The position numbers and the translations under genes were made by a program. Positions 1 to 10,322 of a DNA stretch of 64,000 nucleotides are shown here, piece after piece (the stretch's first letter is position 1; every line of letters starts with the position of its first letter). Source of the DNA: Bacillus subtilis subsp. subtilis str. 168 (lineage in GTDB: Bacteria; Bacillota; Bacilli; Bacillales; Bacillaceae); the NCBI RefSeq assembly GCF_000009045.1, contig NC_000964.3:992001-1056000 (forward strand). The letters are read 5' to 3'. The notes below the pieces were generated by a model, which made no database searches, was not told the DNA's origin, and worked only from the letters and a program-made list of their open reading frames with translations.

Positions 1-1
1 T

Positions 2-3001
2 TCGCCATCCCCTGAACAATTTCCCGAATTAAAAGAGGGTATGGATGTCACGGTGACAGGGAAAATCACGTCTTACCAGGGGCTGAAAGAAATCGTTCCA
101 AACTCATCAGGCATCAAAATCAACCAGTCAAATCAATCCCTCCCCGCCCCCAAACACTTAACAATCAATGAACTTATTAACGGCAGCCTAGGTGATCAGT
201 ATGAAGGACGCCTTGTGAAACTAACCGCTTTTGTTTCCTCAATTCCAAGTTCTCCTGCCGGCGGCGGTTACAATGTAACAATGATTGATGACGACCATCA
301 TGCAATGACGCTCCGGGTTATGAATGAAACAGGGGTGATAAACGAGCTTGATGAGGGCAAATGGTATGAATTTACCGGTGTGTTAAGCAGATACCAAACC
401 TTTCAGCTGCTTCCGCGAAAATCGGCTGACCTGAAGCTGCTTGAAGAGCAGCCCGCACCTCCGTCTGCAGAGGGAGAATATGAAGGGATTGTTGACCGGG
501 TAGTTGACGGCGATACCATTCATCTTAAATCTCCGGTGCTTGGAACGACAAAAATCCGGTTTGTAAATGTAGATGCACCCGAAACATATCACACACCAAA
601 AAATGACGCAGATGAAAATCAATTAAGATTTGGCAAAAAAGCATCTGACTATCTAAAAACGGTTCTGTCCCCGGGTGATAAAATTACTGTCAAGGTCGGG
701 AGTGAAGCCAAGGACAGCTATGGCAGATTGCTCGGACAAGTCATAACCGAATCAGGTTCAAACGTGAACTTAGAGCTTGTAAAAAACGGCTATGCTCCGA
801 CGTATTTTATTTGGCCGGTTGACAATGAAGAGGATTATCAGCAATTTCAGGCCGCAGTAGCCGCTGCAAAAAAAGATCAAAAAGGAATTTGGAATGAAAA
901 CGATCCCCTCATGGAAATGCCGTTTGAATTCAGAGCCAGAGAGCAAGGGAAAGGCCTGACAAGATATGTGGGGGACTCGTCGAATAAAACATATGTGCAG
1001 CCAGCTGACTGGAAGAAGATAGCTGTGGAAAACAGAATTTTCTTCGCCTCAGCAAGTGAAGCGGAGAGCGCGGGATATAAAAAAAGGCAAACGGCACCTC
1101 AAGAACATGTGCCGCTTAGAATTCTCAGCATGAATGATTTGCATGGCAAAATCGATCAGCAATATGAGCTTGATCTTGATGGAAATGGAACTGTAGACGG
1201 CACGTTTGGACGCATGGATTATGCCGCCGCATATTTAAAAGAAAAAAAGGCTGAAAAGAAAAACTCGCTGATTGTGCACGCGGGAGATATGATCGGCGGA
1301 AGCTCTCCAGTTTCCTCTCTTCTTCAGGATGAACCGACTGTAGAACTGATGGAGGACATCGGATTTGATGTCGGAACCGTGGGAAACCACGAATTTGATG
1401 AAGGCACGGATGAACTTCTGAGGATCTTAAATGGCGGTGATCATCCGAAAGGCACAAGCGGATATGATGGACAGAACTTTCCCCTTGTATGTGCCAATTG
1501 TAAAATGAAATCAACTGGAGAGCCCTTTTTGCCGGCTTACGACATCATTAATGTGGAGGGCGTACCCGTTGCTTTTATCGGAGTTGTCACACAGTCGGCA
1601 GCTGGCATGGTTATGCCTGAAGGAATAAAAAATATCGAGTTTACAGATGAAGCAACAGCGGTGAATAAGGCGGCCGAAGAGCTCAAGAAAAAAGGCGTGA
1701 AGGCCATCGCGGTTCTCGCACATATGTCAGCTGAACAAAACGGCAACGCCATTACCGGTGAGTCTGCTGATCTTGCAAACAAAACAGATTCTGAAATTGA
1801 CGTGATTTTTGCCGCGCATAATCATCAGGTTGTTAACGGTGAAGTGAATGGAAAACTGATTGTTCAAGCGTTTGAATATGGAAAAGCGATAGGTGTCGTT
1901 GATGTAGAGATCGATAAAACGACAAAAGACATTGTCAAAAAGTCCGCGGAAATCGTATATGTTGATCAAAGTAAAATCGAACCGGATGTCAGCGCGTCAG
2001 CCATTTTAAAGAAATACGAAACAATTGCGGAACCGATTATCAGCGAGGTAGTCGGCGAAGCCGCTGTTGATATGGAAGGGGGGTATTCAAATGACGGCGA
2101 TACACCTCTTGGAAACCTGATTGCGGATGGTATGAGAGCTGCCATGAAAACGGATTTTGCCCTTATGAATGGCGGCGGCATACGTGAAGCGCTGAAGAAG
2201 GGTCCAATTACGTGGGGAGATCTTTACAATATTCAGCCGTTTGGAAATGTGTTAACGAAGCTTGAGATTAAAGGAAAAGATTTAAGAGAGATTATCAATG
2301 CGCAAATCTCGCCGGTTTTTGGGCCTGACTACAGCATCAGCGGGTTTACGTATACGTGGGATAAAGAAACCGGAAAAGCAGTTGATATGAAAATGGCAGA
2401 TGGCACCGAGATCCAGCCCGATGCCACATATACATTGACCGTCAACAACTTTATGGCGACGGCGACAGGAGCCAAATATCAGCCAATCGGACTGCTGGGA
2501 AAAAATCCGGTGACAGGGCCTGAGGATTTGGAAGCGACAGTTGAGTACGTGAAGAGTTTTGATGAGCCAATTGCGTATACAAAAGAGGGAAGAATTAAGC
2601 TTGCTGAAGCCAGTGATATTGAAGACCCTGTAACAGAAGACCCGATAACGGAAGAGCCTGGAGATGATCCGGGGACGGAGGATCCGATTAAAGAGGATCC
2701 AAGGCCAGGTGAAGATTTGCCTGATATAAAAGAAACTCCGGGAACAGCACCGGTTCATCAGCTTCCGCCTTCAGCCATTTCGAGATTCAATGAAATACCA
2801 ATCAACAACACAAAAACCGCTGATACTGCTAATAGCATCAGCACATTGCCGTTACAAACCGAGACTGCGGAAAGCGGGTCTGATCATCAGCTTCCGGATA
2901 CGTCAGCGGGCTACTATAACTTTATGGTAATCGGTGCGGCGGTGACATTGTCAGGAACTTATCTATATGTCAGAAGAAAAAGGAGCGCCTCCAGAACGTG
3001 A
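2..3001 (+). CDS. yhcR: Sortase-anchored extracellular sugar-nonspecific nuclease/5'-nucleotidase, 5' part outside window
   Basis: Frame is open from base 2. OB-fold, SNase domain (VVDGDT..IRFVNVDAPE), metallophosphoesterase motifs (DLHG, GNHE, AAHNH), 5'-nucleotidase C domain, then LPDTS + hydrophobic stretch + RRKR tail. Confidence 0.95.
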   Translation, partial: SPSPEQFPELKEGMDVTVTGKITSYQGLKEIVPNSSGIKINQSNQSLPAPKHLTINELINGSLGDQYEGRLVKLTAFVSSIPSSPAGGGYNVTMIDDDHHAMTLRVMNETGVINELDEGKWYEFTGVLSRYQTFQLLPRKSADLKLLEEQPAPPSAEGEYEGIVDRVVDGDTIHLKSPVLGTTKIRFVNVDAPETYHTPKNDADENQLRFGKKASDYLKTVLSPGDKITVKVGSEAKDSYGRLLGQVITESGSNVNLELVKNGYAPTYFIWPVDNEEDYQQFQAAVAAAKKDQKGIWNENDPLMEMPFEFRAREQGKGLTRYVGDSSNKTYVQPADWKKIAVENRIFFASASEAESAGYKKRQTAPQEHVPLRILSMNDLHGKIDQQYELDLDGNGTVDGTFGRMDYAAAYLKEKKAEKKNSLIVHAGDMIGGSSPVSSLLQDEPTVELMEDIGFDVGTVGNHEFDEGTDELLRILNGGDHPKGTSGYDGQNFPLVCANCKMKSTGEPFLPAYDIINVEGVPVAFIGVVTQSAAGMVMPEGIKNIEFTDEATAVNKAAEELKKKGVKAIAVLAHMSAEQNGNAITGESADLANKTDSEIDVIFAAHNHQVVNGEVNGKLIVQAFEYGKAIGVVDVEIDKTTKDIVKKSAEIVYVDQSKIEPDVSASAILKKYETIAEPIISEVVGEAAVDMEGGYSNDGDTPLGNLIADGMRAAMKTDFALMNGGGIREALKKGPITWGDLYNIQPFGNVLTKLEIKGKDLREIINAQISPVFGPDYSISGFTYTWDKETGKAVDMKMADGTEIQPDATYTLTVNNFMATATGAKYQPIGLLGKNPVTGPEDLEATVEYVKSFDEPIAYTKEGRIKLAEASDIEDPVTEDPITEEPGDDPGTEDPIKEDPRPGEDLPDIKETPGTAPVHQLPPSAISRFNEIPINNTKTADTANSISTLPLQTETAESGSDHQLPDTSAGYYNFMVIGAAVTLSGTYLYVRRKRSASRT

Positions 3002-3594
3002 AAAAAGTTATTCCACTATTCATCATTGCTGCCGGCCTAGTGATCGCAGGCTATGGAGGCTTTAAATTGATCGATACGAATACGAAAACGGAACAGACAT
3101 TAAAAGAAGCAAAGCTGGCGGCTAAAAAGCCGCAGGAAGCTTCGGGGACGAAAAATAGCACAGATCAAGCAAAGAACAAAGCATCATTTAAGCCTGAGAC
3201 CGGCCAAGCGAGCGGCATTTTAGAAATACCGAAAATCAATGCAGAGCTTCCGATCGTGGAGGGCACCGATGCTGATGATTTAGAAAAAGGTGTCGGGCAT
3301 TACAAGGACAGCTATTATCCTGATGAAAACGGACAAATTGTGCTGTCAGGGCATCGGGATACCGTGTTTCGCCGGACGGGAGAGCTGGAAAAGGGGGATC
3401 AGCTCCGTCTTCTCCTGTCATATGGAGAATTCACATATGAAATTGTAAAAACAAAAATTGTCGATAAGGATGACACATCTATTATCACGCTCCAGCATGA
3501 AAAGGAAGAGCTGATTCTGACGACCTGCTATCCGTTTTCATACGTCGGAAATGCCCCGAAGCGCTATATTATATATGGAAAACGAGTGACTTAA
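2998..3594 (+). CDS. yhcS: Class D sortase
   Basis: N-terminal TM helix, LSGHRDT and LTTCYP catalytic motifs; start overlaps yhcR stop (GTGA). Confidence 0.95.
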   Translation: MKKVIPLFIIAAGLVIAGYGGFKLIDTNTKTEQTLKEAKLAAKKPQEASGTKNSTDQAKNKASFKPETGQASGILEIPKINAELPIVEGTDADDLEKGVGHYKDSYYPDENGQIVLSGHRDTVFRRTGELEKGDQLRLLLSYGEFTYEIVKTKIVDKDDTSIITLQHEKEELILTTCYPFSYVGNAPKRYIIYGKRVT

Positions 3595-3621
3595 AAAGCC
3601 GAGGCAGTGCCTGCGGCTTTT
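3594..3621. terminator. Bidirectional intrinsic terminator yhcS/yhcT
   Basis: AAAAGCCGAGGCAGTGCCTGCGGCTTTT hairpin between convergent genes. Confidence 0.8.
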
Positions 3622-3623
3622 CT

Positions 3624-4532
3624 TCATGAAAAATATGTGCGGCAAAGGTTTTTCATATCAGCAGGGAAAGGGGCTTCAGCAACTATGAGCTCGTCTGTTA
3701 TCGGGTGAACCGCTTGTACTTTATTGGCGTGCAGTGCCTGCCTGTTTAGCAGCTTGCTCCCGCCTCCGTAAAGCGAGTCTCCTGTCAACGGATGGCCGAG
3801 GCTCGCCAGATGAACACGGATTTGGTGTGTTCTGCCTGTTTCCAGCTCTAATTCAACGAGCGACAGCCGTTCTTTCGCATTGCTGGCCATTACCTTGAAA
3901 TGAGTGACGGCTGTTTGCCCGCCTGGTGAAACCCGGCGTCTTGTCGGGTGTGAGCGGTCTCTGCCGATCGGTGAATTAATTGTCCCTTTTTTCGTCCGTA
4001 GCTTACCTTCAGCGATAGCGGTATACGTACGCTTCAGCGTCTTTTTCTCTAACTGCTGGTCTAAGATGGCGTGTGCCAAACGATGCTTGGCAAAAACGAT
4101 AGCGCCAGATGTATCCTGATCAAGACGATGGACGTGGCGCACCTTACATGTTTCGCCATTTATCTGATAATGATACGCGATCAAATTAGCCAGTGTGCCG
4201 GTTTGCCCATCCTCATTCGGATGCGTCGCGATGCCAGCGGGTTTATTGATGATGAGCATATGATTGTCCTCAAATAAAATATCAAGCTCGCCATACTCCG
4301 GAATGACCGAAGATGCTTCACTTTCCTGAAGATCAATGAACACGCGGTCTCCCTTTTTTACAATCATATTGTTTAAGACGGATTCGTGATTGACCTTTAT
4401 CTGTTGATGGGACATCCAGTCTTGTATCACTGGTTTAGAAGCTTTGAGCGCTGTTTTGAGTACGGAAAACAGCCATTGGCCGTCCTGTTTTTCATTGATG
4501 AGGATCTCAAGCCCTCTGCCTTTTTGGTTCAT
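3624..4532 (-). CDS. yhcT: RluA/RluD-family RNA pseudouridine synthase
   Basis: S4-like N-terminus; HRLDQDTSG and GRTHQIRVH motifs. Confidence 0.93.
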   Translation of the reverse strand: MNQKGRGLEILINEKQDGQWLFSVLKTALKASKPVIQDWMSHQQIKVNHESVLNNMIVKKGDRVFIDLQESEASSVIPEYGELDILFEDNHMLIINKPAGIATHPNEDGQTGTLANLIAYHYQINGETCKVRHVHRLDQDTSGAIVFAKHRLAHAILDQQLEKKTLKRTYTAIAEGKLRTKKGTINSPIGRDRSHPTRRRVSPGGQTAVTHFKVMASNAKERLSLVELELETGRTHQIRVHLASLGHPLTGDSLYGGGSKLLNRQALHANKVQAVHPITDELIVAEAPFPADMKNLCRTYFS

Positions 4533-4642
4533 GTTAAATGGCTCCTTTTCGAAGCGGAAGGCTGCTGTTTCTCATAGGAAACACTTACCTTAGCTTTCGC
4601 GTTTTTTTCTGTGCTATTCTTGAGTAAGACTTAGGATATTCG

Positions 4643-5038
4643 ATGGCAAGAAAGGTGATTGACGTGAGAATTGTGAACGCAGCAACTGCAGAACAGGAGA
4701 GCTTTATCAAGGAGCTGTCTATGGAGCTGATCCATGATGTATTTCCTCTTTATTTCTCCGAACTGGACATTCAGCGCTTTAAAAAGAAAGGCGTTCTGTC
4801 TTTAAATAACCATTATTACCAAGGAACATTAAAAGAAGCATTTCAAATTATGGCTTGTCTGCAAATGATACATATTATCCTGACCAAGCCTTCGCCGCAC
4901 TCTGATTTGAGTGATCAGGCGATTTTTGAAAAAAACAGCAAGATGCTGAATGATTTTGGGATTTATTTTCCGTTTGCTTTTTCTGACTTTCAAAAGAAGA
5001 CTAACAAAGCCTTTTTCGGTCAAAGAAGGCTGATATAA
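4643..5038 (+). CDS. yhcU: Conserved hypothetical protein; likely true start GTG at 4664
   Basis: 131-codon ORF in expected synteny; SD AAAGGTGA precedes GTG 4664. Confidence 0.8.
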   Translation: MARKVIDVRIVNAATAEQESFIKELSMELIHDVFPLYFSELDIQRFKKKGVLSLNNHYYQGTLKEAFQIMACLQMIHIILTKPSPHSDLSDQAIFEKNSKMLNDFGIYFPFAFSDFQKKTNKAFFGQRRLI

Positions 5039-5174
5039 TCATGCGGCAAGGGCTTTTCTATTTTTAGAAAAGCTCTTTTTGTATCAGAGAAATCATATCA
5101 TAAAACCTTTCCTCTAACTCCCTTTTTAAACGGCTCGTGTCTGAACATACTAATGATTGAAAGGGGTGCTGACA

Positions 5175-5597
5175 ATGAGTTCAGTTAAAGATACAATGAC
5201 AACGCAGGTGGCAACCGTTTCTCCGAATCAAACGATTCAGGAAGCGGCTTCTCTAATGAAACAGCATAACGTCGGGGCGATCCCCGTTGTAGAGCAAGGT
5301 GTTTTAAAAGGAATGCTGACTGACCGTGACATTGCATTAAGAACTACAGCTCAGGGCCGTGATGGCCAGACACCCGTTTCAGAAGTGATGTCAACAGAAC
5401 TCGTATCAGGAAACCCTAATATGAGTCTGGAAGACGCGTCGCAGCTGATGGCCCAGCACCAAATCCGCCGCCTTCCTATTGTAGATCAAAACAATCTAGT
5501 CGGGATCGTTGCGCTTGGAGACCTGGCAGTCAATCAGATGTCGAACGAGTCTGCGGGATCAGCGCTGACAAACATTTCTCACCAAAACATTCATTAA
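5175..5597 (+). CDS. yhcV: CBS-domain forespore protein
   Basis: Tandem CBS motifs; SD AAGGGG; sigmaG-type -10 CATACTA at 5146-5152. Confidence 0.9.
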   Translation: MSSVKDTMTTQVATVSPNQTIQEAASLMKQHNVGAIPVVEQGVLKGMLTDRDIALRTTAQGRDGQTPVSEVMSTELVSGNPNMSLEDASQLMAQHQIRRLPIVDQNNLVGIVALGDLAVNQMSNESAGSALTNISHQNIH

Positions 5598-5598
5598 T

Positions 5599-5631
5599 AA
5601 GAAAGAGCTTGCAGTGTGCAGGCTCTTTCTT
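5599..5631 (+). terminator. Intrinsic terminator after yhcV
   Basis: AAGAAAGAGCTTGCA..TGCAGGCTCTTTCTT hairpin. Confidence 0.75.
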
Positions 5632-5723
5632 CACATAAAACCTTACTTTTTGAAAGCAGACTTGTTTCGGGGTATAGTGAGTGTATACATATGTCTCAAT
5701 TCGTACTAAAGGAGTTGTACCCA

Positions 5724-6386
5724 GTGATTAAAGCGTTAATTTTTGATTTTGACGGGCTTATTCTAGATACAGAAACACACGAATATGAGGTTCTTCAGGA
5801 AATATTTGAAGAGCACGGCTCAGTGCTGCCGCTATCTGTCTGGGGAAAGGTCATCGGAACTGCTGCGGGTTTCCGGCCTTTTGAATATTTAGAAGAGCAG
5901 ATCGGGAAAAAGCTGAACCATGAAGAGCTCACACAATTGAGAAGAGAGCGGTTTGCCAAACGCATGGAATCAGAAAAAGCGAGACCTGGTGTCGAAGCGT
6001 ATTTGAATGCGGCAAAGGATTTAGGCTTAAAAATAGGCCTTGCCTCCAGCTCTGATTATAAATGGGTGTCCGGCCATTTGAAGCAAATCGGCCTGTTTGA
6101 TGATTTTGAAGTTATTCAAACGGCGGATGATGTGGAAGAGGTGAAGCCGAATCCTGAACTCTATTTATTGGCGGCAAAGAACCTGGGGGTATCGCCAGCG
6201 GAATGTCTCGCGTTTGAGGATTCTGTCAATGGTTCGATTGCTGCGAAACGTGCAGGCATGAAGTGTGTCATTGTCCCGAATAAAGTAACGGGTACCTTGA
6301 TGTTTGAAGACTATGATCACAGGCTTGAATCAATGGCGGAGATGGAGCTCGCCCTATTGCTTGATCATCTGAACTCACAAAACTAG
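5724..6386 (+). CDS. yhcW: HAD-superfamily phosphatase
   Basis: DFDGL motif I, KPNP and FEDS motifs; SD AAAGGAG before GTG 5724. Confidence 0.92.
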   Translation: MIKALIFDFDGLILDTETHEYEVLQEIFEEHGSVLPLSVWGKVIGTAAGFRPFEYLEEQIGKKLNHEELTQLRRERFAKRMESEKARPGVEAYLNAAKDLGLKIGLASSSDYKWVSGHLKQIGLFDDFEVIQTADDVEEVKPNPELYLLAAKNLGVSPAECLAFEDSVNGSIAAKRAGMKCVIVPNKVTGTLMFEDYDHRLESMAEMELALLLDHLNSQN

Positions 6387-6401
6387 AAAGGAGCGAGTAG
6401 G

Positions 6402-7943
6402 TTGTCTGAGAAATTAGATTTGACCCGGTTTGAAAAGAAAATGGTTATCCGCAATATCGAAGAGAAAGACATCGACAAGATTATCGATCTTCAAAAGGAC
6501 TGCTTTCCAGGAATGGAGCCTTGGAAGCGGGAGCATTTAATCAGCCATTTGGAGCATTTTCCGGAAGGACAGTTTTGTGCAGAATTCGAAGGTGAAATTA
6601 TCGGTTCGTGCTCAAGTCTCCTGATTAACTTTGATGAATATGATGACCGCCATACGTGGCAGGACATTACAGATGACGGTTATATCACCAACCATAATCC
6701 TGACGGCTTGAATATGTACGGAATTGAAGTCATGGTGCACCCGAAATACAGACGAATGAAGATCGGCCACCGTTTGTACGAGGCGAGAAAGGACTTAGCC
6801 AGACGCTTAAACCTGAAAAGCATCATCATAGGCGGACGGATTCCAAACTATCACAAATATGCAGAGGAAATGACAGCGAGAGAGTATGTTGAACAGGTGA
6901 CACGCCACCAAATTTACGATCCGGTTCTTTCTTTTCAGCTGATGAACGGCTTTACCCTTATGCGAATTAACCCGAACTATCTCCCGGATGATACAGCTTC
7001 GATCAAGTATGCGACGCTGATGGAATGGAATAATGTCGATTATCTACCGCAGCAGACAAAACGCTATTATAAATCGGCGTTCCCTGTTAGAATTTGTGTG
7101 ATCCAATACGAAATGAAGAAAATTTATTCCTTTGAGGAATTTGCGAATCAAGTAGAATACTATGTCGATGTTGCTTCCGACGCAAGATCTGATTTTGCGG
7201 TGTTCCCGGAAATTTTCACAACCCAGCTGATGTCCTTCCTTGAGGAACGGTCACCGAGCTTGGCGGTGCAGAGAATTACCGAGTATACAGAAGATTACAT
7301 CAGCCTGTTTACTGACTTGGCTGTGAAGTATAACGTCAACATTATCGGCGGATCTCATTTCGTCGAAGAGGAAGGCAAGATCTATAATATCGCTTACCTG
7401 TTCAGACGGGACGGAACGATCGAGAAGCAATACAAACTCCATATTACGCCGAATGAACGCAAATGGTGGGGGATCAGCGCAGGAGACCAAGTTCGCGTGT
7501 TTGATACGGACTGCGGGAAAATCGCGATCCAGATCTGTTATGACATTGAATTTCCTGAGCTTGCCCGGATTGCGGCTGATAAAGGAGCCAAAATCATCTT
7601 TACGCCATTTTGTACAGAAGACCGTCAAGGCTATCTGCGTGTCAGATACTGTTCGCAGGCTAGAGCGGTTGAAAATCAAATTTATACGGTTATCTCTGGA
7701 ACGGTCGGAAACCTTCCGCAAACGGAAAACATGGATATCCAATACGCCCAGTCAGGCATCTTTGCCCCGTCTGATTTTGAATTCGCCCGAGACGGCATTG
7801 TCGGCGAAACAAACCCGAATATTGAAATGGTCGTCATCGGCGATGTTGACCTGGAAATTCTCAGAAGACAGCGCCAAAACGGTACAGTGCGCCAGCTAAA
7901 AGACAGACGACGTGATATTTATCATATTCAATATAAAAAATAA
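6402..7943 (+). CDS. yhcX: GNAT acetyltransferase fused to carbon-nitrogen hydrolase (nitrilase superfamily)
   Basis: GNAT motif A (VHPKYRRMKIGHRL); nitrilase triad in FPE, QYKLH, ICYDIEFPE. Confidence 0.92.
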   Translation: MSEKLDLTRFEKKMVIRNIEEKDIDKIIDLQKDCFPGMEPWKREHLISHLEHFPEGQFCAEFEGEIIGSCSSLLINFDEYDDRHTWQDITDDGYITNHNPDGLNMYGIEVMVHPKYRRMKIGHRLYEARKDLARRLNLKSIIIGGRIPNYHKYAEEMTAREYVEQVTRHQIYDPVLSFQLMNGFTLMRINPNYLPDDTASIKYATLMEWNNVDYLPQQTKRYYKSAFPVRICVIQYEMKKIYSFEEFANQVEYYVDVASDARSDFAVFPEIFTTQLMSFLEERSPSLAVQRITEYTEDYISLFTDLAVKYNVNIIGGSHFVEEEGKIYNIAYLFRRDGTIEKQYKLHITPNERKWWGISAGDQVRVFDTDCGKIAIQICYDIEFPELARIAADKGAKIIFTPFCTEDRQGYLRVRYCSQARAVENQIYTVISGTVGNLPQTENMDIQYAQSGIFAPSDFEFARDGIVGETNPNIEMVVIGDVDLEILRRQRQNGTVRQLKDRRRDIYHIQYKK

Positions 7944-7948
7944 TTCCC

Positions 7949-7979
7949 AAAAAACCCGCCTGAATTGGCGGGTTTTTTT
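7949..7979 (+). terminator. Intrinsic terminator after yhcX
   Basis: AAAAAACCCGCCTGAATTGGCGGGTTTTTTT. Confidence 0.9.
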
Positions 7980-8026
7980 AAACAAAAGCGGAATTGTTTA
8001 GGTGCTTTCTTTAAAATAAAAGTAAA

Positions 8027-8218
8027 TTGTATAGTGGATGTGCCTTATGGAGTTTCTGTATTTTCGCCATTTCCTATATCATACAGAAAACGGCTAGGCT
8101 TCACATTGCTATTGCAATGGCTGTCCAAGTTGTTTCGAGTGCGACCTTTATCAGTACGATGCTGAGCATTGTCACTTTGCCTGTTTTGCTTTGGAAGCTG
8201 CATCCTCTTTCTTCTTGA
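8027..8218 (+). pseudogene. Short remnant resembling the C-terminus of an AEC-family membrane permease
   Basis: 63-codon TTG ORF with no clear SD, ending VVSSATFISTMLSIVTLP, typical of AEC last helices; followed by a hairpin at about 8201-8232. Confidence 0.5.
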
Positions 8219-8363
8219 GAAAGGGGATGTTTTATTATTTACGCGGTTTATTGACTCTGACCCGGTCTGGCTTTATATTGAAGGCAGGGAAATCATCACC
8301 AAGACATCACATAAAGAGAAGGTCTGTTTCAATTGAATTGGCATTATAGGGAACGCTAATGAA

Positions 8364-9716
8364 ATGGAGATGATGGGGATGGAAAACATTCAGCAAAATC
8401 AGGGATTAAAGCAAAAAGATGAGCAATTTGTGTGGCATGCCATGAAGGGAGCGCATCAAGCGGACAGCCTGATAGCCCAGAAGGCCGAAGGGGCCTGGGT
8501 AACCGACACAGACGGACGCCGCTATTTGGATGCGATGTCCGGTTTGTGGTGCGTCAACATTGGTTACGGCAGAAAGGAGCTTGCGGAGGCTGCCTATGAG
8601 CAACTAAAGGAGCTGCCTTACTACCCGTTAACGCAAAGTCACGCACCCGCAATTCAACTGGCGGAAAAGCTGAATGAATGGCTTGGCGGCGATTATGTTA
8701 TTTTTTTTTCCAACAGCGGATCGGAAGCAAACGAAACTGCTTTTAAAATTGCCCGCCAGTACCATCTGCAAAACGGCGACCACAGCCGTTATAAATTCAT
8801 CTCAAGATATCGGGCATACCACGGCAATACATTGGGAGCGCTCTCAGCTACCGGACAGGCGCAGCGGAAATATAAATACGAGCCTTTGAGCCAAGGGTTC
8901 CTGCATGCAGCTCCGCCAGATATATACCGGAATCCTGATGATGCAGACACGCTTGAAAGCGCAAATGAAATCGACCGCATCATGACATGGGAATTAAGCG
9001 AAACGATTGCCGGGGTCATTATGGAGCCCATCATTACAGGCGGAGGCATCCTAATGCCGCCGGACGGATATATGAAGAAGGTGGAGGACATTTGCCGGCG
9101 CCACGGAGCCCTTTTGATTTGCGATGAAGTGATCTGCGGGTTTGGACGGACAGGTGAGCCGTTCGGGTTTATGCACTACGGTGTGAAGCCTGATATCATT
9201 ACGATGGCAAAGGGAATCACAAGCGCGTATCTGCCATTGTCAGCGACTGCTGTGAAACGGGACATTTTCGAAGCGTATCAGGGGGAAGCTCCTTATGACC
9301 GTTTCCGCCACGTGAACACGTTCGGCGGAAGCCCGGCTGCCTGTGCTTTGGCGTTGAAAAACCTGCAAATTATGGAGGACGAACAGCTGATTCAGCGATC
9401 CCGTGATCTTGGAGCAAAGCTTTTAGGTGAGCTTCAAGCTCTGAGAGAACACCCGGCAGTCGGGGATGTTAGAGGAAAAGGGCTGCTGATCGGAATCGAA
9501 CTCGTCAAAGACAAATTGACTAAAGAGCCGGCTGATGCCGCCAAAGTAAACCAAGTGGTTGCGGCGTGCAAAGAAAAAGGGCTGATCATCGGCAAAAACG
9601 GCGATACAGTCGCCGGCTACAACAATGTCATCCAGCTTGCGCCGCCATTTTGCCTGACAGAAGAGGACCTTTCCTTTATCGTGAAAACGGTGAAAGAAAG
9701 CTTTCAAACGATATAA
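8364..9716 (+). CDS. yhxA: Class III PLP-dependent aminotransferase
   Basis: YLDAMSGLWC, DEVICGFGRTG and MAKGITS (PLP lysine) motifs. Confidence 0.93.
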   Translation: MEMMGMENIQQNQGLKQKDEQFVWHAMKGAHQADSLIAQKAEGAWVTDTDGRRYLDAMSGLWCVNIGYGRKELAEAAYEQLKELPYYPLTQSHAPAIQLAEKLNEWLGGDYVIFFSNSGSEANETAFKIARQYHLQNGDHSRYKFISRYRAYHGNTLGALSATGQAQRKYKYEPLSQGFLHAAPPDIYRNPDDADTLESANEIDRIMTWELSETIAGVIMEPIITGGGILMPPDGYMKKVEDICRRHGALLICDEVICGFGRTGEPFGFMHYGVKPDIITMAKGITSAYLPLSATAVKRDIFEAYQGEAPYDRFRHVNTFGGSPAACALALKNLQIMEDEQLIQRSRDLGAKLLGELQALREHPAVGDVRGKGLLIGIELVKDKLTKEPADAAKVNQVVAACKEKGLIIGKNGDTVAGYNNVIQLAPPFCLTEEDLSFIVKTVKESFQTI

Positions 9717-9743
9717 TATAAAAGTGAATTATTAAAGGAGCAC

Positions 9744-10322
9744 ATGATGAGTTTTCACAACCAGCCGATCTTACCGGCTATTCGCAATATGAAGCAATTT
9801 GATGAGTTTTTGAACAGTTCATTCTCTTACGGTGTTATTCTTGATATTCATCTCGGCCAGCTGAAGGGCGTGATCAAAGAAGCGCAAAAGCACGGAAAGA
9901 ACATGATGGTGCACGTCGATCTCATTCAAGGGATTAAGCATGACGAATACGGTGCGGAATTTATATGTCAGGATATCAAGCCCGCTGGGATTATTTCCAC
10001 AAGATCGAATGTGATTGCCAAAGCGAAGCAGAAGAAAATTTATGCCATTCAGCGCCTGTTTTTGCTTGATACAAGCGCGATGGAGAAAAGCATGGAGTTT
10101 ATCGGCAAGCATAAGCCTGACTTCATCGAAGTGCTTCCCGGCATCGTTCCGTCACTCATTCAGGAAATAAAAGAGAAAACAGGGATTCCCATCTTTGCCG
10201 GGGGTTTCATCCGTACGGAAGAGGATGTAGAGCAGGCATTGAAAGCGGGGGCTGTAGCTGTCACAACATCTAATACCAAATTGTGGAAAAAATATGAAAA
10301 CTTTTTGACGGAAAGTGATTGA
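9744..10322 (+). CDS. glpP: Glycerol-3-phosphate-responsive antiterminator
   Basis: GlpP family sequence ([21 protein letters not shown]); lies upstream of glpFK. Confidence 0.96.

Noticed and set aside
8338-8356. TGGCA upstream of yhxA as a sigma54 -24 element
   Set aside because: No TTGC at the -12 position (GGAA instead).
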